Positions 1 to 8,593 of a stretch of 36,474 nucleotides of DNA are shown here, piece after piece. Within the stretch, counting starts at the first letter, position 1. Every line of letters starts with the position of its first letter. Position numbers and translations under genes: made by a program. The stretch covers positions 1 through 36,474 of the forward strand of contig JABANN010000349.1 in assembly GCA_013115125.1 (NCBI GenBank), read 5' to 3'. Below the pieces are notes generated by a model that searched no databases, was not told where the DNA came from, and saw only the letters and a program-made list of their open reading frames with translations. This DNA is from Perkinsus olseni. Lineage: Eukaryota.

Positions 1-167
1 TGTAAGTGAAACAGTGCACAACGCACTACAGCAGACAGTAAAGTGAATGATCGGACAACTCTGTCACAGCTGGTAAACTCCTCCGCCTGTATCACGTCAT
101 GTTACAGTAGAAGTCATGTTTTCGCTATGAACATGATGGAATCCGCACCTCAGGTCGAATCAAGCGA

Positions 168-964
168 ATGCACGTGATGTTCCTCAAGGACTTGACAGCA
201 GAAGGTCTCACAAGGAAGCAGTCTCGAACCTTCCTCTTCACCTTGCTCTACATCGAAGAGGACGATGATGAGGCCGAGATCAGCGTCTCTGGCGTGGGCA
301 GGCTGAGCGAGATTATCGCCCATATTAACGAAGGGAAAAGTTTGCAGTATTTTTCAGTGTTCGAGAATAAGAACGGCTTTCATTTCGTATTGAAGTACGA
401 GACTCCAACGAGGTGGAAGCAGCTTGCCGATACCCTCCGCAACAAGTACGGAATCTCCACCTCGGTCAGCTGTGCCATACCCAGGCCAGGGTACAGGACC
501 TGCATGTACCCCGTGTTGTTCTCCTACTGCCTCGACTTGGACCCCAACCCCTACCTATCCCCCAATCATCCCCACCCCAGCAGCCTCCTCGGAGACGGAG
601 AGAGGCAGGGCTCGAGGGCCAGACGGACTCCAGCTTTGGACGGGGGTGGTCTGCCGGCACTCCCACCTTCACGAGGCACTGAGGAGGAGGAGACGGGGAT
701 CTTGGAGCATGTCGACAGTGATGGAGTATCCGCTGTGAGCGCGGAGGAAGAGGTTCAGTCCCATTTTTCGGGAGAGTCGGCGGAGTCTCATGCCCTGTCC
801 TGACCTTCCCGTGGGGACAGGGACGCGTTGCGTGAGAGGCTTCAGCGATGTTATTACTCCCCTTATATGATAGACCATAAGGAGCAGGTGAGGCGGATAG
901 AGCCGTGCACCCGATGTTTCGCTGATTGGCTTTTCACTGCCACCTTAGCTCAGACCCAGCATGA

Positions 965-968
<4 letters not shown>
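168..968 (+). pseudogene. CRESS-Rep-like paralog 1: HUH-like N-terminal domain, helicase domain deleted, in-frame TGA at 801-803 before a conserved C-terminal tail
   Basis: ORF 168-803 aligns by eye with 2031-3359 (QSRTFLFTL/QSRSYIYSW, KYETPTRWKQLADTLRNKYGI/KYGTPTRWKQLSDTLRSRYGI, CMYPVLFSYCLDLDPNPYLSPNHP/CMYPMLFSHCLDLDPSPFLSPHHP). After TGA 801-803 the same frame continues DALRERLQRCYYSPYMIDHKEQVRRIEPCTRCFADWLFTATLAQTQHE* (stop 966-968), matching the C-terminus of paralog 2. It could be a pseudogene or a functional truncated gene. Confidence 0.75.

Positions 969-1015
<47 letters not shown>
965..1015. repeat. (ATG/TGA)n trinucleotide microsatellite, 17 ATG units
   Basis: Perfect ATG x17 at 965-1015, starting at the terminal stop codon of paralog 1. 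Confidence 0.97.
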
Positions 1016-1415
1016 TTTTAGATACCCTCTCTTTGTTTGGTTCCCATCAATCGCTCCTTCCATCCTCCTCTCAGGCTAGACCCGTCGTCCACACTGTTGG
1101 TCGTGCAGGATAGGTAAGACCCTCCAGCTGCCCCCTCTCCCCGGTCGTCTCGACTGGCGGACATCTCCTGACTGTGAAGGCAGCGGCAACATGTGCATGG
1201 CAATACAGTGCCTCTAGCTGCTCGCTCTGTGGTGTTAGTCAGTTGGGGAATAAGCCACGGGCATCGTTGCTCGTCTTTCTGATATCTCCGCTCGCAATAG
1301 CAGTGTAAGCACTAGAGCTCTCTACGTAACTAACGGTGCGGACGTCACATCGTACAACATAGAATATGGCATCAGCTGAACCAATATCCAGTCAGCAGGG
1401 TTTTCCATAACAAAA

Positions 1416-2026
1416 ATGCAACCTATGTCACTCTCATCATCGTTCGCCGAAGCCCCGACTTTGAAGAAGCCAGTGTCTTGCACGGGCGGCGATGGTAAGG
1501 GGGCTCAGCTGTAGAGGACTTCTCGATGCCAGGCCGCGAGATACCCGCTTGTACTTTTGTCGTCGCCCGGTTGTTTCTCTGACTTGTTACTTTAGGCTCT
1601 TTTCTCCACAGTAACTGTTGCAATTTCTACCGGCCTGCAGTCAGGTCTACCGCTTTCCTTCATCGATGAAGATACTATCGTGTATGCCGATGAGCCCGAG
1701 ATAGACGATCCGAACCTCAAGATAATGGCCCTGAAGCAGCGTGAGTCCGCCTCTTTCCGGTGTTCGAGAAGAGTTGGGCTTGATTAGGTATCGATGTGTT
1801 GGAGGAGGAGAAGAAGTGGTTGGAGTGGCGTAGCTGTGTTGCGTCATTCTGCGATGAGGACATCATGCTTCAGGCCTTCGGAAATGGCAGGACTGCCACA
1901 AATGCTCAAAATGCAAACATGAGAAGCAGGAGGAGAAGGAGGACGAAGCCGTCGTTGTTAAGAGTAAGTTATCTGTTCTCTTCTTGAGTATCACAGAAGC
2001 TACTGATATGGCTGTATAGGAGGACC
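1416..2026 (+). CDS. Putative upstream exons of the Rep-like gene (short coiled coil plus basic NLS-like segment)
   Basis: Phase-consistent GT-AG introns at 1741-1787, 1964-2019 and 2027-2067 give ...DDPNLKIMALKQ-RIDVLEEEKKWLEW...NMRSRRRRRTKPSLLR-ED-RSARIMEV..., joining the 2031-3359 frame. The first exon (ATG 1416, donor GTAAG 1495) is less certain. Confidence 0.5.
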
Positions 2027-2030
2027 GTGA

Positions 2031-3359
2031 ATGTACATAGCGTCGAATAGCTTCGTCTGCGCCTCAGGCTCAGCAAGGATTATGGAAGTTTCGAGCCATG
2101 GCAGCCGAATGACCAGACACCAGTCGAGAAGCTACATCTACTCTTGGATCCATTGCAATGACATGGACCTACCAGATGGCGTGCTTAAAAAGCGGCTCAG
2201 TAGGGTGCTCGCCCAGCTAAACGAGGCCAAGTCTTTGACGTTCTATTCGATATTCATCGGCCAGCAGCAGAAGGACGGCAGTCGACTTGTACACTCCCTG
2301 CTGAAGTATGGAACCCCGACTCGGTGGAAGCAGCTCTCGGACACCCTTCGTAGCAGATATGGGATAGACGCGTCGATCAGATGTGCTGTCCCGAGGCCAG
2401 GCTTCAAGAGCTGCATGTACCCCATGCTCTTCAGCCACTGCCTTGACCTCGACCCTAGCCCCTTCCTGTCCCCTCATCATCCTGACCCAGAGAGCCTCCT
2501 CGACGTCGAGAGGCAGTGCTCGAAGGGCAGGCAGACTCTTGCTTTGGAGGGGGGCGATCTCTCGATGCTGCCGATCAAACGGGACGCTGAAAGGAAGGAT
2601 GGAATTCCGGAGCATGCTGGTGAGGACAGAGCACTGGCCGTGAGTGTGCTGGGAGACAGCCGAGCTTTTATGGATGAGTCTGTGGACTGTATGGAAGAGG
2701 ACAACACGGACCCGATGTATGAAGTGGAAGCTTGCCTGGAGGCCGAGTGCATCTGTGAGAGTCCCGCCCTGTGGCTTGAGAGAATATCGTCCTTGGTTGT
2801 GCGGAATCTTGGAGAAGGGGGAGCGAAGAAATTGAGGAACGATATCCAGCGGAACCTGGATGAGGGACGCTCGAAGGAGACTAATGTTGTTATCTACGGT
2901 GTGGCCTCCAGTGGTAAGACCGCCATACTGCGGCCTCTCACTCACATCTTGAAGTGCGCTAAGATCTCCGATGCTGAGGAAATCTCCCATGAGGATTTAC
3001 TCGACTGTGAGTGCATCTTGTGGAGTCACTTCTCCGTGGAAGATTTGCACGACAACTTTGATATGACGAAGTTGCTCAAACTCCTCGACGACCGCCCGGT
3101 TGAGATGAGCTGCTCGAGCGACCTGGGAAATACTGGCTCTACTTTCGACAAGTTGGTGCCAATTTTCCTGACGTGTGATGCGCTCCCTGTCCCAAGGGAA
3201 GATCACTACAGGGAGGCCTTACATGAGAGGCTTCAGCGATGTTATTACTTCCCTCGTAAGATGGACCACGAGGAGCGGGTAAAGCCGTTCAGGCCTTGCA
3301 ATCGGTGCTTCGCTGATTGGCTCTTCGCGGATAGATTGGCTCGAACTCAGCATGAATAA
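2031..3359 (+). CDS. CRESS-DNA-virus Rep-like protein (degenerate HUH endonuclease domain + SF3-helicase-like domain), paralog 2; probably terminal exon 2068-3359 of a spliced gene
   Basis: 442-aa ORF. Walker A NVVIYGVASSGKT (GVASSGKT at 2898-2921), Walker-B position CILWSHF, motif-C position PIFLTCD and Arg-finger region EALHERLQR appear in SF3 order and spacing. The N-terminal part has RCR motif I/II/III-like positions (SYIYSW; QQKDGSRLVHSLLKY; FSHCLDLDP). Confidence 0.75.
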   Translation: MYIASNSFVCASGSARIMEVSSHGSRMTRHQSRSYIYSWIHCNDMDLPDGVLKKRLSRVLAQLNEAKSLTFYSIFIGQQQKDGSRLVHSLLKYGTPTRWKQLSDTLRSRYGIDASIRCAVPRPGFKSCMYPMLFSHCLDLDPSPFLSPHHPDPESLLDVERQCSKGRQTLALEGGDLSMLPIKRDAERKDGIPEHAGEDRALAVSVLGDSRAFMDESVDCMEEDNTDPMYEVEACLEAECICESPALWLERISSLVVRNLGEGGAKKLRNDIQRNLDEGRSKETNVVIYGVASSGKTAILRPLTHILKCAKISDAEEISHEDLLDCECILWSHFSVEDLHDNFDMTKLLKLLDDRPVEMSCSSDLGNTGSTFDKLVPIFLTCDALPVPREDHYREALHERLQRCYYFPRKMDHEERVKPFRPCNRCFADWLFADRLARTQHE

Positions 3360-4224
3360 TGACGTTTCACCTGTCTGCTGTTCGGTTCAAATCAATTTCT
3401 GCGGCAATTATTCTCTCACGCTTGCAGGAGGTGGTGGTGACATTGCTGCTAATCAGCCGTAGGTACGGAAGCCTATCATGACTGTTTCGGTGGCAGAGCG
3501 TCGTCTTTGAAACATGTTGTGTCAAGTAAAATACCATTCGCAGGCGCTTCAATCTGCTGCTTCTGTAGCGTTGTCCAGTTTGGAAGTGAGGGGCTCAATA
3601 TGAGAGCGGATCGTGATGACTTGGGCTTCTTCTCCACCAGACGGTTCCCTTCCGATATTTTCCGGGAGCTTCAATGTACATCAGTCTGTAACGAAAAGAT
3701 TCAACATGGAGAAATGAGGCCACTATGCCATGAGGCGCGAGAATCGCCGGTATCTCAGCCGTTCGCCGGAGAGCTGCGCCAGCCGAGCGGCTCGAATTTC
3801 TGCTGTAGGTCCTTAGTCAGGAGCTACAGCAGGAGTCCTGACACGTAGAAGCGCCGTGTTCCGACTTTGGGCCGTAAAGTCTCCGCAGTAAGGGAACGAC
3901 CCACTTGCTGACCCCGAGATTCTCGAGTTGAGACCATTGGCGCCCCACCTGGCATAGTGGAGGCTGCATTCTTGCATGCTGCATTATCTTGTCGCAGGCT
4001 GCTGTATGTCGGGCACATCGCCCGAGCCTACCGAACTTGGTCAAGCATTTTTTAGCGGGAAACCGTGGCTAATTGTATTATGTAACGCACCACATGGTTG
4101 TCTAAACCATTCTAGTAGTGTGGTGTCTCGCTCACTTTATAGAAGTTTAGTGCACCGCGGTGTTTTCCTCAACACTGACCCTTGAGTCCTGACGGCTCAG
4201 TTTCCTCAGTACTACTGGGCACAG

Positions 4225-4283
4225 CTTCGGCTGGAGGGCCCACTGAGTCAGTACCACTGACTCAGTAGGCCCTCCAGCCGAAG
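4225..4283. repeat. 59-nt inverted repeat (28-bp arms, 1 mismatch, 3-nt loop); candidate rolling-circle origin-like or ITR-like hairpin
   Basis: CTTCGGCTGGAGGGCCCACTGAGTCAGT-ACC-ACTGACTCAGTAGGCCCTCCAGCCGAAG. The palindrome is seen directly; its function is inferred. Confidence 0.9.
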
Positions 4284-4554
4284 GGCGCCTCCTGCCGCCA
4301 GGTCCCGCGGTGAATCTTCCGAAGATTATCTTCGACTGACGGTGAGGGCATCAACAGTACATGCATAAGAAGACAATGTCCCAGGGAGAAACATGACTTT
4401 GAACTAGGAACTGATCGATGGTTCGGCGTTGAGCTTCGCAGTATCCCACAGGAGATCGGTGGTTTTCAAATATAGGCCGAGTGCCGCCAGCGCCGAGTGA
4501 AACCATCATGCACTGTTCGCGACACGTAAAGCTGCTTTTGAGGCTTCTTCACAT

Positions 4555-4845
4555 ATGTCGAACTCGCCATCCCAGCCCATCCAGCCCGTCGACTCACCAA
4601 ACGCGAGTGCCGGTGAGCTGGCTGCGATTATAGACAACATTTCTCTCGAGTCGATCGCCGTTTGTATTTTGTCTCTCCCATCTGTTGGAAGGTCGCGCGC
4701 TGAAATAGTATCTCGGAGACGTGGCTACCTGGCGCCTCCTTTGCGTGCTGTAATCCCTCGTCTGGGGGATAGTCAACCGTTTCACGAAGCCGTCATGAAA
4801 TTTCCTGAGACAGTGGATCCAGCAGTCTTGAATATACTCGTCTAG
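4555..4845 (+). CDS. Hypothetical protein (96 aa)
   Basis: ATG-initiated ORF with protein-like composition; no motif recognised. Confidence 0.25.
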   Translation: MSNSPSQPIQPVDSPNASAGELAAIIDNISLESIAVCILSLPSVGRSRAEIVSRRRGYLAPPLRAVIPRLGDSQPFHEAVMKFPETVDPAVLNILV

Positions 4846-6654
4846 CAGCCTTCTTGTCCGGATGAGGCACTGCCAAGGACTCACTCAGTATGAGTGTTCT
4901 AGTACTCAAAATTGAAATCATAGAAACTCACTGAACGCCTACTACGTCAACTCTAGAAGAATGGCGGACTGGGTTGCTTGGCGGAGTAGCATCGACTGTG
5001 ATGTATTCGGTCGCATTCGCCCTAGGCTGCACTACCTGGGGAGTATTTCCACCGTGGTTAAGCGTTAGGATGGTGGGCAGAAGGAACCGCTGTGACTATG
5101 CCTTAACGACATCCATAGCAGTTTCATTCGACGAGTTTCCGTCGGAAACTTTCCGAGAGTAACCACGAGGCGGTCGCCGAGCACTATTCCTATGAGTCTT
5201 GAATAACTTTATACGGTGCTAAACTCTTTCCGTAACTTAACCAGGACTGAACTCTCCGCCATGATTGCCGTTTCTCTGCTCCAGATATCTTTCACGACTG
5301 CGTGGAGTCTAACCCCCGGCGCTGTTCTGGTGAGCATAGCTATCACTCCTGAGCATGCTTTTCAACACCTGTCACTTCCTGCAGTGTCTAGTACCGTCGC
5401 TTCTCTAGTCGAATTCAGGCGATGAGGACGCTGTCCTTCAGATGAAGTTAGCTTATTGGACGCAACAGTTCTCTATGGGGATGAAGAAGGAGACTCGGAT
5501 ACCGAGGAGAAAGTGAGACCGAAGGCCATGTACGCGCACTCCAAGCAGCCTCGCCATAGTTAGTTGTGTCAGTCCCGCGGCGTGAGTTCGAGGCCATGGA
5601 GGAACGTAAGGCGTCCTTCAACTTCTGTATCAATCATGAGTACTCCTTCTACTCGCAGGCATTCGCTTCCTGGAGTCGGAAAAGGCTGAACTGAAGCAGG
5701 GCGGCAAGCAACTCCGTTTTCACGGCTGGTCGCCATTCTGTCACTGGATAGGTGCATCTAGCCGCGTTGGCTTCTGTCCGCAATGTTCGCATCGAAATCT
5801 GCCGGCAGAAGCGGGCGAGAGCCGCGGAGAAGGTGAGGACCCTCTCCGGCCCGGGTGCGGTGTTTACTACCTTACAGAAGCTGTTGCTATCACTAAGGCG
5901 GATATTTCGGTGACCAAATATACGTTGAAAAATGAATGCAGCGATATCATCTGTCTGCCATACATGAAAATAGCCATTGAAACCTCAAGACAAAAGCACT
6001 CGGACACTTGCGTGACGTAAGTCACGTCGAAATACATATCCTATGCATCCAAGACACGAGAGGGTGTCGTCCTACTCTTTCCAACTTCCACGATGTACTG
6101 CTCGTAACTGGGGAGTGTTCGACTCGTTTTGGTGAGGACACAGAGGGAAGTGTTTCGTAAACTTGTGGGCCGGGCTTCCCTCATGTGTATTCCGGCATGT
6201 GGCTGCCGCTCGGGTCACGATCATTCTCTTGAGTCTCGCAAACTCAAATTCTTCGGCTTCGATCTCACTGGAATCGTTCTTAATCTTGCGAAAGACATTA
6301 AGACTTTGCGGCGACTCGCCGGGGCAACCGAGAGGAGAACTCAACGCATATACTACAGGAACACTTTCCCAGTTGGCATCAAGAGACCTGAGTCGAACAG
6401 CCCCCCTGGTTATTAGGATTACACCGTCGAAGTTGAATGCACAGTAGTGAGGCATAGTCCTTCATTGATGCAACACTCAGGACCCATAAGGCCACTGGTC
6501 GAGGCAGGAATCCGCCCTCGCATAAACGTGAAATCAAGTAGCACTGTCGAGTGTCGGCGGACCGGCATGCGAATTTGGTTCGACTTGTACTTCTGTACTT
6601 CTAGTAGCTGCCACCTGAGAAGCGTGACACAGCACTTCAATCATACGCGATATC

Positions 6655-7200
6655 GTGGGCAGTACATGCCTCTCAGACCGCATCCCGGCCGAAGAGCTAG
6701 CCACGAGCGGCACCAGGATTACTCCCTGGCCCGTTCGTGACGCTTGTTCGGCAACTGAGCTTCGGTTGGCCGACCGAGAAGCTCAGGCCAGAGTCTACGT
6801 GTGGGACTGGCCGGAGTCCTCTCACGGCCTATCTCCTCGTCATATCGGGAAGTCGGAACTGGGACGTTTGGTAACGGAGCTGAACGTTGGAAAGGGACTC
6901 GCCCAGTTTTCGATCTTTTACCGACGCTTGCCAAGCGGAGCGGTCAATGCTCGCTTCATTGTTAAGTATTGGGGCTCACGACGTTGGGTGAAGATGTCAC
7001 AAACGCTGAGGACGGTGTATGGTATTCATGCTAGTACTCTGCAGGGCTCTCGTGGTTCCCTCAACTACGACTCGCTTTTCAACGATTGCCTCCTCGGTGA
7101 CCCGGAGCCCCTCCTCTCCCCCAACCACCCGCCCGTCCCGTTGCCTGATTATATACCCACCATTAGTAGAATGACTGGCATTCTTCAACCTTCGTCGTGA
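6655..7200 (+). CDS. CRESS-Rep-like paralog 3: N-terminal domain only; likely terminal exon from 6677
   Basis: QARVYVWDW...LGRLVTELNVGKGLAQFSIF...IVKYWGSRRWVKMSQTLRTVYGI...YDSLFNDCLLGDPEPLLSPNHP aligns colinearly with paralogs 1 and 2. The ORF has no ATG before the domain; a CCTCTCAG acceptor ends at 6676. Confidence 0.75.
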   Translation: MGSTCLSDRIPAEELATSGTRITPWPVRDACSATELRLADREAQARVYVWDWPESSHGLSPRHIGKSELGRLVTELNVGKGLAQFSIFYRRLPSGAVNARFIVKYWGSRRWVKMSQTLRTVYGIHASTLQGSRGSLNYDSLFNDCLLGDPEPLLSPNHPPVPLPDYIPTISRMTGILQPSS

Positions 7201-7666
7201 TAACTATCCCCCGTGTTCCCTATGTCAGAGCGGCAGTTGCGTTACCCCAGCTGGCTGGGGTGCCGTACATCGATTAATTTTGAAGAAACTCATCGAACGG
7301 AGCCGCTCTGTGCATTATAGGGATTCCTCTGACTTATTTGCCACGGCCTGGTGCGTGCTACAAACGGCAGCCAGTTCGCGTGCTGTCCACCGCATGAGTG
7401 AGTGGACGGTTTATGCGACGTGTCATATGGTCCATAAGCGATGGACGATCTATCATAGACTCCATGGCAGCCAAGTTGGCTAAGTCAACAGGGTAATCCG
7501 AAGGTATTACAGCGCATCATGACACGATGGGTGAACTCGGATAAACAGGCTCAATACACGGTGGGTGTCTCCAAACGCGTTCTCTTTATTATGACGACTG
7601 CACTCGCGCCCATCGCTCAATTCTAGGCTGTTAGCAATCCATTGGAACCATTTCGTCACAACTCCA

Positions 7667-8170
7667 GTGAGTGAGGGAGTCCGAACTGCGGATCCTTCAG
7701 TGAAGCTCCCATTTCAATTCTCAGGCAGCTCGAAAGATCTCCTGCAATGTGCGCCTCCCGACGCCGCGCTCGACAGAGGAAGATCGCTGTTGCTGCTGAG
7801 TAGATTCCTATGTGATGCAGTCCGAGAACTTCAAACCACGGTAGCTCACCGGAATCCACGATTGTGCACGCGAAGGTGGAGTCCAAGAGCGGAGACAAAA
7901 GTGTGCAAGAACGAAAGTATGACTTACTTAGTTTCCTTCTTAGTCGTTGAGCCCCGCATAAGCGAGATTTTGCCACTGGAAAAGGTCAGGGGTGGCATTG
8001 CTAGCTTAAGATCGAGGTTGCAATCATTTTTGCCGGGGAAAAATTTTTCATTGGAGAGAAACACCAAGGTAAAGGGGCGTAGAAAGTTGGCCGAATATCC
8101 GATAGGGAGAACTGGAGATCGGAGGCTGCTTGAAAGGGTGATTGTCACCTTCGTGAAAGGGATTCTGTGA
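7667..8170 (+). CDS. Hypothetical protein (start uncertain)
   Basis: 167-codon open frame with a basic, helical-looking C-terminal half; no recognised motif. Confidence 0.3.
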   Translation: MSEGVRTADPSVKLPFQFSGSSKDLLQCAPPDAALDRGRSLLLLSRFLCDAVRELQTTVAHRNPRLCTRRWSPRAETKVCKNESMTYLVSFLVVEPRISEILPLEKVRGGIASLRSRLQSFLPGKNFSLERNTKVKGRRKLAEYPIGRTGDRRLLERVIVTFVKGIL

Positions 8171-8593
8171 GAGACGAGACGACCGAGAATAGGGAAGGCC
8201 CATGACAGAGTACCCTGACAACGGTCGACTTCTAAGTGTCTGGTGAGAAAAATTCGCTTCGCTGACTCCGGCACGTTTTTCCCTCCCGATCACGCGCCTT
8301 GTCATCATGGCCATGGTTTCATAGCGATGGCATGGTTTTTACGACCAGACGGTGGGAGTCACGGCTGCACCGCCACTATGCTGGCCATGAATCCTTTTGT
8401 GTGGAAGTATTACTTGTGGTCCCCGAGAGGGGTATGTAGTGAGTTGTGAGACATAGATGCTGTGCCTGGTCGACCATAGGCCGATTGCTTTATCCGCAAA
8501 CCAGTTGTCAACTCAGTTGCTTCATAACGATAGGGACTCCTTTCGGATAAGGTTTCAGGATAGGCGCCAACGGCCGATTTAGTTCATCTGATA

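Noticed and set aside
1-75. LTR-like TGT...CA segment at the window start
   Set aside because: No second copy, convincing PBS or target-site duplication is visible in the window.
801-803. Selenocysteine recoding of the in-frame TGA
   Set aside because: The aligned residue in paralog 2 is not Cys, and I could not identify a SECIS element by eye.
2217-2990. 257-aa minus-strand ORF overlapping the Rep-like gene (possible AC4-like or antisense gene)
   Set aside because: It lies entirely antisense to a well-supported CDS, has no ATG start and no motifs; most likely a shadow ORF.
4225-4310. Helitron 3' terminus or bacterial intrinsic terminator
   Set aside because: There is no CTRR shortly after the hairpin and no poly-T tail, the linked helicase is SF3-like rather than PIF1/SF1, and the context is eukaryotic.
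168-7200. Complete integrated CRESS virus genome
   Set aside because: No recognisable capsid ORF (Arg-rich N-terminus plus jelly-roll) and no unit-length direct repeats; the paralogs are too diverged to be a concatemer.
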